Assembly (NCBI GenBank): GCA_016793185.1
Contig: JAEUIK010000674.1
Location: 1-26,261, forward strand
Reading direction: 5' to 3'
Length of the DNA: 26,261 bases
From: Planctomycetaceae bacterium
GTDB lineage: Bacteria; Planctomycetota; Planctomycetia; Pirellulales; JAEUIK01
Of the stretch, positions 9,333 to 18,195 are shown in pieces (the first letter of the stretch is position 1; every line of letters begins with the position of its first letter). A model generated the notes under the pieces. It had not been told where the DNA came from. It ran no database searches and saw only the letters and a list, made by a program, of their open reading frames with translations. The position numbers were made by a program, and so were the translations under genes.

Positions 9333-10523
9333 GTGAAGCCGACTGATCCTCAGCCGCCGCCGGCTCGCGATTCGAGCCCCGTGACCACGAACTGGCCCGC
9401 GCCGCGCGCGGCGTACATTCACGTTCCGTTCTGCGCGCATCGTTGCGGGTACTGCAATTTCACGGTGATTGCCGGCCGCGAGGATCTGGCCGACCGGTAC
9501 CTGGAGGCCCTGGCGCGCGAGCTCGAACACGTCGGAACGAGTCGTCCCGTGGAGACGATTTTCGTTGGCGGAGGCACCCCCACCCATCTGGGAATGCCCC
9601 ATCTCGCGCGATTGCTGCAAACGATTACCCGCACTTTTGCGCTGGCCCCCGGCGGCGAGTTCAGCGTCGAAGCGAATCCCAGCGGGTTGGCGGCCGATAA
9701 GTTGCGGCTGCTGGCCGAGCACGGCGTGACGCGACTGAGCCTGGGGGCCCAGAGTTTCGATCCCGCCAAGCTCCGCGTGCTCGAGCGCGACCACTCGGCC
9801 GGCGACATCCGCCGGGCGATCGAGCTCGCGCGCCGCGAGTTGCCGTCGGTCGCGGTGGATCTGATTTTTGGCGTCCCCGGCGAGAGCCTCGAGGTCTGGC
9901 AGCGCGACCTGCGCGAACTGATTCGGCGCGCTCCCGATCATGTCTCGACCTATGGGCTGACCTACGAATTGGGGACGCGCTTCTGGGCGCGACGGCGCCG
10001 CGGCGATCTGTCGTCGCTCGACGAGGAACTCGAGCGGGCACTGTACGAGGCGGCGCTCGATCTGCTTCCCGCGGCGGGCTACGAACATTACGAGGTTTCG
10101 AATTTCGCGCAATCAGGCCAACGCTGCCGACACAACGAAACTTACTGGGCCGGCAACAGCTACTGGGCCGCAGGACCGGGCGCGGCGCGCTATGTCGACG
10201 GCCGCCGCGCGGTGAACCATCAGAGCACCACGACTTATTTGCAGCGCGTGCTGCGCGGCGAATCTCCCGTCGCGCAGGAAGAGACGCTCGCCGCCGAGGA
10301 CCGCGCGCGCGAGCAGCTGGTGCTGGGGCTGCGGAGACTCGCCGGCGTTGATCGCCGCGAGTTCCAGGCCCGCACCGGTTTTGTGCTCGACGCGTTGGCG
10401 GGGCCCAAGCTCGCCGAGCACGTCGAGCGCGGGTTGCTCGCCGACAACGGCAAGGGGGTGCGGCTCACGCGCGCGGGGCTGTTCGTGAGCGATGCGATCT
10501 GGCCCGACTTCTTGCGCGTCTAG
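9333..10523 (+). CDS. hemW: Radical SAM heme chaperone HemW (HemN-like)
   Basis: YIHVPFCAHRCGYCNF (H-x-PFC-xxx-C-xx-C), IFVGGGTPT, SVEANP, RLSLGAQSFD, DLIFGVPG and GYEHYEVSNFA. Start uncertain: GTG 9333 or 9381. The track start at 9216 overlaps the upstream gene. Confidence 0.88.
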   Translation: MKPTDPQPPPARDSSPVTTNWPAPRAAYIHVPFCAHRCGYCNFTVIAGREDLADRYLEALARELEHVGTSRPVETIFVGGGTPTHLGMPHLARLLQTITRTFALAPGGEFSVEANPSGLAADKLRLLAEHGVTRLSLGAQSFDPAKLRVLERDHSAGDIRRAIELARRELPSVAVDLIFGVPGESLEVWQRDLRELIRRAPDHVSTYGLTYELGTRFWARRRRGDLSSLDEELERALYEAALDLLPAAGYEHYEVSNFAQSGQRCRHNETYWAGNSYWAAGPGAARYVDGRRAVNHQSTTTYLQRVLRGESPVAQEETLAAEDRAREQLVLGLRRLAGVDRREFQARTGFVLDALAGPKLAEHVERGLLADNGKGVRLTRAGLFVSDAIWPDFLRV

Positions 10524-10559
10524 CAGCCTGACAAGAGCACTCACCGAGTGCTTCGACCG

Positions 10560-10841
10560 CTAGACCATCCGCCGGGCCAGCGTCAGCAGCACGCGGAGGC
10601 CAAGCTGGCGAAACAGCCCGTGCCCGCTGCGGAAGAACTGTCGGGCGGTTCGCAGGGCCAGCAGGATGGCGACTCCCACGCCAACCGCGGCAAGGGTCAA
10701 GAGGGCGGCCCGGCTGAACCAATAGAGCCAGGCCAACCAGGCGACCGCCAGCGCGAACATTCCCCGCAGGAGCGTGCCGCGGGCGCGCGAATTCGCGGCG
10801 CTGGGATCCACTGTTCGAGTGCTGGCACGAGCGAATCGCAT
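10560..10841 (-). CDS. Small membrane protein, unknown function
   Basis: Two hydrophobic stretches (MFALAVAWLAWLYWF; AALLTLAAVGVGVAILLAL). Codons are mostly G/C-ending in the 3' three quarters but not in the first ~25 codons of the track ORF, so ATG 10841 is preferred over GTG 10889. Confidence 0.5.
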   Translation of the reverse strand: MRFARASTRTVDPSAANSRARGTLLRGMFALAVAWLAWLYWFSRAALLTLAAVGVGVAILLALRTARQFFRSGHGLFRQLGLRVLLTLARRMV

Positions 10842-11099
10842 GCGAAGCTGCCCAAAGCCGAGTGCGGGTAGTGGTTTCCCTGATGCCACGTCCGCCAGGT
10901 CGATCCCCCCGCGAGCCCTTTCGGCTCGCCGGCCGAGGACTCCCCAGTGTAATGTGTGAAGTGGCTCCCCGGAAAGCTCGCCCTGGGGACCTATCGAAAC
11001 CCATTCGCCGTCCGATGGTTTATATAGAGCAACTCCCAGGAGCGCTGTGGACGCGGGTTGGAACCCTGCGGCCCACCCCTTGAGGCAGAGGTACTCACC

Positions 11100-12851
11100 A
11101 TGATGCGATACAAGTGTTCAGCAATTTTGCGGTCGGCCGGCTGGCTGGTGCTGGGGTTGGCAATTTCCAGCAGCGCCGCGATTACCCGCAGCGCGGCGTT
11201 GGCCGGTCCTCTGGGCGCGGTCGAGGCCGCCCGGCGGGTGGATCGATTGCTGAGCAAGGAGTTGCCGCAGGACTCGTTGACCGCGTCGAATTCCCCTGCC
11301 CCGCCGGATCTCAAGTCGGCGGACGTCGGAGAGCCTCAAGTGGACGACGAGACGTACCTCCGCCGGGTCACCTTCGACCTGGTGGGCGAGTTGCCGTCGC
11401 CCGAGGAAGTCACGCAGTTCGTGCTGGACAGCTCGCCGAATAAGCGCAAGCAGCTGGTCGACCGGCTGCTGGCCGACGAAAAGTTCGGCGAGAACTGGGG
11501 GCGCTACTGGCGCGACGCCGTGCTGTATCGCCGCAGCGACGATCGGGCGTTGATCGCGTCGCAGAGCGTCGAGCAGTACCTCAAGGACGAGTTCAACCGC
11601 GGGGCGCATTGGGACGAGATCGCCCGCGAGTTCATCGCCGCCAAGGGCAAGCTCAACGAGGCCGGCGCGACGGCGCTGATCGCCTCGCAATGGGGCGAAG
11701 TGCCGGAGACGGCCGCCGAAGTCTCGCGGATCTTCCTGGGCGTGCAGATTCAGTGCGCCCAATGCCACGACCATCCGACCGACCGCTGGAAGCGCGAGCA
11801 GTTCCACGAGCTGGCCGCGTTCTTCGCCCGGATCGCGGTGCGACCCGTGATCGATAACGGACAGCGGAAGGGATTCGAGCTGACCTCGAGCGACATGCGC
11901 TTCAAGGATCGCACGCCGGCGCAACAGGCCAAGATCAAGGCGAATCTGAAGGGCAAGAAGAACGCCCGGCTCGAGCATTTCATGCCCGATCTGCAGGATC
12001 CGACTGCCGAGGGGAAGCTGATGGAGCCGGTGTTGTTCTTGACCGGCCAGAAGATGGAGCCGGGGGCTTCCGACGACGAGCGGCGCGCGACGTTGGCGAA
12101 TTGGATTGCTTCGCCCGAGAATCCCTGGTTCGCCAAGGCGTTTGTGAACCGCGTGTGGGGTGAATTGGTCGGCGTCGGCTTTTATGAACCAATCGACGAT
12201 CTCGGGCCCGACCGCCCTTGCGGCGCACCCAAAACGCTCGACTTCCTGGCCCGGCAGTTCGCCGAGCATGATTTCGACGTCAAGTGGCTCTACCGGACGA
12301 TCGTCGGCACCCAGGTCTACGGCGCACCGAGCCGGCCACGCTCCCCCAACGGCGACAACGTGCCGACCACGGCCTGCGTGCAGCCGCTCCGCGCGGACCA
12401 GCTGTTCAACGCCTTGACGATGGTGCTCGAAGTCGAAGAAACGCAGATCGGCGCTGCGCCCGACAAGACCAAGGGCTACCGCGGTCCGCGGACGGCGCGG
12501 GCGCTCTTCCAGCAGGTCTTCGGCTTCGATCCGAGCACGCCCCGCGACGAGCTCGCGGCCACGATTCCGCAGGCCCTTTTGATGATGAACCAGCCGGGGC
12601 TGAATCGCGCCCTGAGCGCCGAGGGCCCGACCGGGCGCCGACCGGGCACCATGTTGGCCCGGCTGCTGGAAGAAACCGAGAACGACGAGGACGTGGTGGT
12701 CGATCTCTATCTCCGCTGCTTCGCTCGCGAGCCGAAGCCCAACGAGCTAAAGACGTGCCTCGACTACGTCCGGGAAGTCGGCAATCGAACCGAGGCGTTC
12801 GAAGACGTCCTCTGGTCGCTGGTCAACTCGACGGAATTCCTCTACCGCTAA
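11100..12851 (+). CDS. DUF1549/DUF1553 (PSCyt2/PSD1) planctomycete protein with one CxxCH motif
   Basis: Signal-peptide-like N-terminus; DDETYLRRVTFDLVGELP; KFGENWGRYWRD; FLGVQIQCAQCHDHP; NPWFAKAFVNRVW; IPQALLMMN; EDVLWSLVNSTEFL. ATG 11100 follows a GAGG RBS. Confidence 0.92.
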   Translation: MMRYKCSAILRSAGWLVLGLAISSSAAITRSAALAGPLGAVEAARRVDRLLSKELPQDSLTASNSPAPPDLKSADVGEPQVDDETYLRRVTFDLVGELPSPEEVTQFVLDSSPNKRKQLVDRLLADEKFGENWGRYWRDAVLYRRSDDRALIASQSVEQYLKDEFNRGAHWDEIAREFIAAKGKLNEAGATALIASQWGEVPETAAEVSRIFLGVQIQCAQCHDHPTDRWKREQFHELAAFFARIAVRPVIDNGQRKGFELTSSDMRFKDRTPAQQAKIKANLKGKKNARLEHFMPDLQDPTAEGKLMEPVLFLTGQKMEPGASDDERRATLANWIASPENPWFAKAFVNRVWGELVGVGFYEPIDDLGPDRPCGAPKTLDFLARQFAEHDFDVKWLYRTIVGTQVYGAPSRPRSPNGDNVPTTACVQPLRADQLFNALTMVLEVEETQIGAAPDKTKGYRGPRTARALFQQVFGFDPSTPRDELAATIPQALLMMNQPGLNRALSAEGPTGRRPGTMLARLLEETENDEDVVVDLYLRCFAREPKPNELKTCLDYVREVGNRTEAFEDVLWSLVNSTEFLYR

Positions 12852-12910
12852 CGAACCATCGCCGGGGCTGAGCCGGCCTCGATCGCGCCATTCGCAGGAG
12901 CTTGTTTCCG

Positions 12911-14206
12911 ATGCGTTATGAACACCACATGCAGTTGGCGATGCACCGCCAGGGGGTTGTCCGGCGCCGCGACTTCCTCAAGGGGATTTCGGCCGCCAGC
13001 ATCGCGGCGGGCACGCTGAGCTGGACCGACCTGATGAGCGTCCACGCCGGCGACCTGCGAAAGCGCGGCATGGCCTGCATCGTGCTCTGGATGCAAGGAG
13101 GCCCGAGCCAGTTCGAAACGTTCAGTCCCAAGCCCGGCCACGAAAATGGCGGCGAGACGAAGGCCATTCAGACCTCCGTGCCAGGCATCGAGATCGCCGA
13201 GGGCTTGCCGCACCTGGCGCAGGTGATGGACGACCTGGCCATCGTCCGGTCGATGACCACCAAGGAGGGGAATCACCAGCGCGCGAGCTTCTTGCTGCAC
13301 ACGGGTTACGCGCCCACCGCCAGCGTCAAGCATCCGACCTTTGGCGCGATCGCCGCGCATCAGTTGCCCAACCCTGAGTGTGATCTCCCTTCGTTCGTGC
13401 GGATCGGCAACCAGTTCCGCAACTCGGGTGGCGGCGGTTTTCTGGGCGCCGAGTTCGACGCCTTCGGACTGCCCAGCGCCGAGCAGATGCCGGCCAACAC
13501 CCAGCCGACCACTTCCAGCGAGCGGTTCAGTCGGCGCCTGGGGTTGCTCGGCCGGCTCGAGGCCGACGCCGCCAACGGCTCGACTGCTCCCTTTGCGGCC
13601 GATCATCGCAAGCTCTACGACAAGGCCTCGCGCATGATCCTGAGCCCGGCGATGAAGACCTTCAACATCGAGGACGAGCCCGAGGCGATCCGCACGGCCT
13701 ACGGCGAGTCGGATTTCGCGACGGGCTGCTTGATGGCGCGGCGCCTGGTCGAGGCGGGCGTGACCTTCGTCGAAGTCAGCACCGGCAACTGGGACACGCA
13801 CAACGACAACTGGCCGCGCACCGCCGAGCTCAAGGCGCAGATCGATCAACCGTTCGCGCAGTTGCTCCGCGATCTCAAGCAACGCGGACTGCTGGAAACC
13901 ACGCTTGTTGTCTGGATGGGCGAGTTCGGCCGCACCCCGCGGATCAATCCCCGCGGCGGCCGCGATCACTATCCCAAGGCGTTCAACGTCGCCCTGGCCG
14001 GCGGCGGCGTCCGCGGCGGCCGCGTGATCGGCGCCACCGACCCGAGCGGCGCCGAAGTGAGCGACCGCCCTGTCGCGGTGACCGATCTCTTCCAGACTTT
14101 CTGCCGCAGCCTGAAGATCGACGCGGCGCACGAGAACATGAGCCCCATCGGCCGGCCGATCAAGATCGTCAACGGCGGTTCGCCGGTCGAAGAGCTATTT
14201 GCGTAG
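12911..14206 (+). CDS. DUF1501 family protein with Tat-type signal
   Basis: RRRDFLK twin-arginine motif; LWMQGGPSQFETF; CLMARRLVEAGVTFVEV; WDTH; LVVWMGEFGRTP; GRDHYP. AGGAG RBS upstream of ATG 12911. Confidence 0.93.
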   Translation: MRYEHHMQLAMHRQGVVRRRDFLKGISAASIAAGTLSWTDLMSVHAGDLRKRGMACIVLWMQGGPSQFETFSPKPGHENGGETKAIQTSVPGIEIAEGLPHLAQVMDDLAIVRSMTTKEGNHQRASFLLHTGYAPTASVKHPTFGAIAAHQLPNPECDLPSFVRIGNQFRNSGGGGFLGAEFDAFGLPSAEQMPANTQPTTSSERFSRRLGLLGRLEADAANGSTAPFAADHRKLYDKASRMILSPAMKTFNIEDEPEAIRTAYGESDFATGCLMARRLVEAGVTFVEVSTGNWDTHNDNWPRTAELKAQIDQPFAQLLRDLKQRGLLETTLVVWMGEFGRTPRINPRGGRDHYPKAFNVALAGGGVRGGRVIGATDPSGAEVSDRPVAVTDLFQTFCRSLKIDAAHENMSPIGRPIKIVNGGSPVEELFA

Positions 14207-14246
14207 CGCAGTTTAGGCTGGGACAGAGCACTAGCCTCCCCCGCCA

Positions 14247-14275
14247 TTGAGCTTTCGCGCGCCGCGGGGTAGAAC
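14247..14275 (+). promoter_or_regulatory. Possible sigma70-type promoter for the MBL hydrolase gene
   Basis: TTGAGC (14247-14252), 17 bp spacer, TAGAAC (14270-14275). The -10 match is imperfect. Confidence 0.3.
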
Positions 14276-14360
14276 GAACCCAGCCGGACGGGCCCCCCGT
14301 TCGGCGGGCGAGCCGCGCTCCGCGCTTGCCCGTCGCTTCCCCGCCAGCCGCTCGGGCTCG

Positions 14361-15380
14361 ATGATCGAACTTCCCGCCATTACCCGGCACGAGGCGTCCA
14401 ACGGCGCCCGCGTCTATCGGATTCCCTGCGAGGCGTTTCCCGGCTTCATCGCCTATGCCTACCTGGTGCTCGAGGCAGGGCCCCCCACGCTGATCGACAC
14501 CGGCAGCGGTTACAACCACTCGAACGAGCATCTCCTGGCGGGGCTCGGCAGCCTCCAGGAGACCTTCGGCGAGCCGATCGCCGTGACCGACATCAAGCGG
14601 ATCATTCTCACGCACGGTCACATCGACCACTTTGGCGGGCTGCCGCACATGGTCGAGCTGACCAATGCCGAGGTCGGCATCCACGAGCTCGACCGCCGCG
14701 TGCTCACCGCTTATGAAGAACGTGTGATCGTCGCCACCAAGTCGCTCCGCGTCTATCTGCAGCGAGCGGGCGTCGAGCGCGACTTCCAGCTCAAGCTGAT
14801 GGAGTATTACGGCTTCTCGAAGAAACACGTCCGCTCGGTGCAGGTCGACTTCACCGTGGCTGACGGCCAGGTCCTCGACGGGATGCGGTTCATCCACACG
14901 CCGGGACACTGCCCCGGGCAGGTCTGCATCGTACTGGGGGACGTGCTGCTGAGCGCCGATCACATTCTCGAGCGAACCACGCCGCATCAATCGCCCGAGA
15001 GCATCATGGCCTCCACGGGCCTGGGGCATTACCTCGAATCGCTCGATCGCGTCGGCGCGCTCGGCGGTTTTGACATTGCCCTGGGAGGCCACGAAGGGCC
15101 GATCCACGACGTCTACAAACGGATCGACGCGATCCGCGACAGCCACCAGCGCAAGCTCGAGCGCGTGCTCGATCTGATCCGCGGCGCCGAAGCCCCGCTG
15201 ACCGTCAGCGACATTTCCAAGCAGATGTATCCCACCATCAAGGGTTTCAATATTCTGCTCGGACTCGAAGAGGTCGGGGCGCATGTCGAGTACCTCGACC
15301 AGCATGGGCATCTCCGCGTGACGAACCTCGACGAGGTTGAGAACGAGGACAACCCGGCGCTGCGCTATCGGTTGGCTTAG
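14361..15380 (+). CDS. Metallo-beta-lactamase fold hydrolase with a C-terminal winged-helix-like region
   Basis: LIDTG, THGHIDH (HxHxDH), HTPGHCPG, LLSADH, GGHEG. ATG 14361 preferred over the TTG at 14247. Confidence 0.9.
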   Translation: MIELPAITRHEASNGARVYRIPCEAFPGFIAYAYLVLEAGPPTLIDTGSGYNHSNEHLLAGLGSLQETFGEPIAVTDIKRIILTHGHIDHFGGLPHMVELTNAEVGIHELDRRVLTAYEERVIVATKSLRVYLQRAGVERDFQLKLMEYYGFSKKHVRSVQVDFTVADGQVLDGMRFIHTPGHCPGQVCIVLGDVLLSADHILERTTPHQSPESIMASTGLGHYLESLDRVGALGGFDIALGGHEGPIHDVYKRIDAIRDSHQRKLERVLDLIRGAEAPLTVSDISKQMYPTIKGFNILLGLEEVGAHVEYLDQHGHLRVTNLDEVENEDNPALRYRLA

Positions 15381-15413
15381 CGCGGGTTCTCACCCGCCGC
15401 ATTCGCATCCCCC

Positions 15414-15499
15414 CGAGCCCCGGGCCTCAGGCCCGGGGAGTTGAGTTTCGACCGAGGTCGCAACAACGTCAGCTCCGGGGACCTGAGGTCCCCGGCTCG
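15414..15499. repeat. Inverted doublet of REP-like palindromes (REPIN-like)
   Basis: Plus copy at 15414-15440 is CGAG-CCCCGGGCC-TCA-GGCCCGGGG-AG. Minus copy at 15472-15499 is CGAG-CCGGGGACC-TCA-GGTCCCCGG-AGC. Both have a 9-bp stem and a TCA loop. Confidence 0.75.
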
Positions 15500-15651
15500 T
15501 AAGGTGAGCGCGCTGCGATCGTGAGGACACAGCGCGTCTCTTGCCTGAGGATGTGGCTGCGCTTTTCGCGGGCGTCGGAGGGAGATGGCTTCTAGAATAA
15601 GTCGCTGGCGAAGAGTTCGACCGCCTTCCGTTCTTGCCGAGTTGTCGTCCG

Positions 15652-16803
15652 ATGGATGTGCAGGCCACCACCGTCCCGCGGCGGCCGCTGCTGAGCAGCG
15701 GGATTCTGTTGGTGGGGGCCCTGGCCTACGCTGCCTTGTGCGTTCCCGCGATCCGGCGCCGCGGTTATCCGCCGATCGATCATTTCTGGATGGCGATGCC
15801 CTACCTGTGGGTCGGGCCGCTCGTACTTTCGGCGCTCTTCGACCGGGGAGCCAGCCGCCGGCGCTGGTTGATTGCCTACTCGCTGTTTACGGGCTTTGTG
15901 GACGCGGCGACGACTCAACATATGGTGCCGCGCCATGTGACCCTGGTGGGAACGCTCTTCGAGACGCTGCTGCTATTCGGTCCATTACATCTGCTCGTGA
16001 CATTCGTCGTCGAAGTCGCGTTTCAGGCGGTCTTCAAGAACTGGCGCAGCTTCGGACCCGCCACCGCGAACGTTGAATGGCGACCCCGCCTATCGCTGTT
16101 CGAGTTCCTGGTGGCGATCTTCCTGATCTCCCTGATGGCAGCCTTTCCCGCCACCTATCGCCAATGGATGGTGACGCGCGAGCACACGCGCGGGCGGGAA
16201 ATCGCGAACAGGGATTGGGCGCAGCATAACGCGATCTACTACTCGGACTCGGTCTACGACCCGATCTACCTGCCTGACGGAACCCACGTCGAGTACGAGT
16301 ACGATCGCGAGACGGGCCTGCGCAGCGGATTCCCCCGGCCGCCGCGCGAACTGCGAAACGCCTACCGAGAGCGGATCAACGAGCTGCTCGGCGAACAGGG
16401 CATTCCCAAGTGGTCGGTGAAGGCGCTCTTGCTCTCGCCCGAGGAGTTGGCGGCCCGGCTGAACGATCCCGCGGGCATGGAGATCACCTCGCTGCCTTAT
16501 GAAGTTACTCCGAGCATCGTCGTATTCCGGTCGGGCACGCTCTCGAAGTGGGGATCGACGATGACCGTTGGCGGGACGAGCTCAGGGATCACCTCCAGCG
16601 GGACCGGGCCTGCGGCAATTTCCTCGCGCGGCAACGGGCTGTCGATCGCCATGGAGCGCGACGGGTTGCTGGGTGTTGGCAGCGGCCAGCATCCGATCTA
16701 TGTGCTCGATGCCGGCCCCGAGACGGTTTTGATTCGCCACGGCACGAATTGGATCGGGCTGTTTCATCGCGACGGGCGCTTGCTGCAATCGGCAAGCCGG
16801 TGA
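15652..16803 (+). CDS. Multi-pass membrane protein with C-terminal soluble domain, unknown function
   Basis: Long ORF with about five hydrophobic segments in the N-terminal half and a hydrophilic C-terminal half; no family recognised. ATG 15652 preferred. Confidence 0.75.
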   Translation: MDVQATTVPRRPLLSSGILLVGALAYAALCVPAIRRRGYPPIDHFWMAMPYLWVGPLVLSALFDRGASRRRWLIAYSLFTGFVDAATTQHMVPRHVTLVGTLFETLLLFGPLHLLVTFVVEVAFQAVFKNWRSFGPATANVEWRPRLSLFEFLVAIFLISLMAAFPATYRQWMVTREHTRGREIANRDWAQHNAIYYSDSVYDPIYLPDGTHVEYEYDRETGLRSGFPRPPRELRNAYRERINELLGEQGIPKWSVKALLLSPEELAARLNDPAGMEITSLPYEVTPSIVVFRSGTLSKWGSTMTVGGTSSGITSSGTGPAAISSRGNGLSIAMERDGLLGVGSGQHPIYVLDAGPETVLIRHGTNWIGLFHRDGRLLQSASR

Positions 16804-16869
16804 AGTGCGATGCTGGCACGGACGCTCGCCGGCCGTCGATTCGCAGCGTGATCGCGTGGATCTGGAACC

Positions 16870-16897
16870 CGAGCCGGGGACCTCAGGTCCCCGGAGC
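16870..16897 (+). repeat. REP-like palindrome, exact reverse complement of 15472-15499
   Basis: CGAGCCGGGGACCTCAGGTCCCCGGAGC matches the reverse complement of 15472-15499 at 28/28 positions. Confidence 0.8.
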
Positions 16898-17005
16898 CCG
16901 TGCACGCGGGAGCACGGCGAGTCACGCTCGCAGGGACGCTTGACGTCGAGCCAAGGCTTCTCCCGGAACCTGATGAACGGGCTTGCGAGTTGGAGGCAAC
17001 TCATA

Positions 17006-17153
17006 CCCTCGCCCCGGTACTCCGGGGAGAGGGAAGGGTGAGGGGCAGTCCCGCTGTCGACGATCGTGCGCCTTCACCGACGAACGCCAAATCGCGCTCA
17101 CGCCCCTCATCCGGCCTGTCGGCCACCTTCTCCCCGCGCCGCGGGGAGAAGGG
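17006..17153. repeat. Pair of CCCTCA(C/T)CC...CTCCCC-loop-GGGGAGA-type intergenic hairpin repeats
   Basis: 17006-17045 read on minus: CCCCTCACCCTTCCCTCTCCCCGGAGTACCGGGGCGAGGG. 17103-17153 on plus: CCCCTCATCCGGCCTGTCGGCCACCTTCTCCCCGCGCCGCGGGGAGAAGGG, with a perfect 12-bp stem. They lie between convergent genes. Confidence 0.7.
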
Positions 17154-17199
17154 TTTCGGCGCTTTGCCGTGCCATTGTTTCCCCGATCGGCCCCGCCAG

Positions 17200-17958
17200 C
17201 TACTTCAACTCCTTCACCCGAATGTTCCGGTAGCGAACGAACTCCTTGGTCGTGTCGCCGCCGCCGTGGACTTGCAGGGCGATGCCGCCGGTGTCGGGGT
17301 GGCGCTTCTCCGTGTCCTGAAACTCCATGAAGCGGACGCCGTTGATCCAGGTGGTGATCTGGGGTGGGTTGCCGACAATCCGCGCGCGGAGCTCGTTCCA
17401 CTGGCCGTGCTTCCAGAACTTGGGCCAATCGGCGGGCGTCACGGGCAGCGGGAACTTGCACTCGACCGGCTTGATCTCGGTGACCAGTTGGCCGAAGTCG
17501 AAGTTGCGCTGATGGATTCCGCCCGAGAGGCCTTCGCCGTAGATGCCCGCCAGGTTGCCGTTGGCATGGTAGTCGATCATGTACTGGTAGGCTTGTCCCT
17601 TCTCGGTGCTGCGGAGGAACAGCCCGCTGTCGGGCACGAAGTCGTTGTTCATTTCAAGCGCGACTTCGAAATCGCCGTACTGCTTGTCGGTGAGAACGAT
17701 GCCGCCGTTGCCGGGGATGTCCTGGGTGCCAGCTATCGCGCCTGCTTGCACTTCCCAACGCCCGCCCGACTTGTGCTGGCTGGCGCCGCTGTGGCCGGTC
17801 TGGGCGCTGACGTGCCAGCCAGCGAGCGACTTGCCGTCGAAGATCGACACAAAGCCCTCGTCGCTGAACTTCTCGCGCGCGAAGTCGGCGGCGGGCGAAA
17901 CCTCGACGGACAAGACCGCGCACGCGCACGACAGACAAATCGACAGCGGCAATCTCAT
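17200..17958 (-). CDS. DUF1080 (3-keto-disaccharide hydrolase family) secreted protein
   Basis: Signal peptide; GFVSIFDGKSLAGW; TDKQYGDFEV; DSGLFLR; GQWNELR; WINGV; GGIALQVHGG; VRYRNIRVKEL. Confidence 0.92.
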   Translation of the reverse strand: MRLPLSICLSCACAVLSVEVSPAADFAREKFSDEGFVSIFDGKSLAGWHVSAQTGHSGASQHKSGGRWEVQAGAIAGTQDIPGNGGIVLTDKQYGDFEVALEMNNDFVPDSGLFLRSTEKGQAYQYMIDYHANGNLAGIYGEGLSGGIHQRNFDFGQLVTEIKPVECKFPLPVTPADWPKFWKHGQWNELRARIVGNPPQITTWINGVRFMEFQDTEKRHPDTGGIALQVHGGGDTTKEFVRYRNIRVKELK

Positions 17959-18195
17959 GATGCAGTACTCCAGGTGGCAGGAAGCACGGAAGCGGGCATT
18001 CTACAAGCTGCCGTGGCCCGTGCCAGAAAGTCGGCCTTCGGCCGCAAGCGAGCCGTCGCTTCCGCGAACTGATCGGGAACTTCGCCGGCGGAGGCCGCGT
18101 CTGAGGCCATGTCGGGCCCGTCGGCCCTGCGGCAGGAACACGGCGAGCGTGCCCCTGGCGCCCAAGAACCCGTGATGCAAAAATGAGGACCTCCG

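Noticed and set aside
10548-10871. 107-aa plus-strand ORF
   Set aside because: Its Gln/Gly/Pro-rich composition is typical of an antisense frame. The minus-strand ORF has TM segments and better codon bias.
11118-15311. Minus-strand ORFs 11118-12269, 12848-14131 and 14169-15311
   Set aside because: Antisense to the DUF1549/1553, DUF1501 and MBL genes; no recognisable domains.
15472-16897. Insertion sequence or composite transposon defined by the 28-bp inverted repeats
   Set aside because: No transposase inside and no target-site duplication at the outer flanks. Each repeat is itself a palindrome, which fits REP-type elements better.
16900-18072. 390-aa plus-strand ORF
   Set aside because: It starts inside repeat elements and runs antisense to DUF1080.
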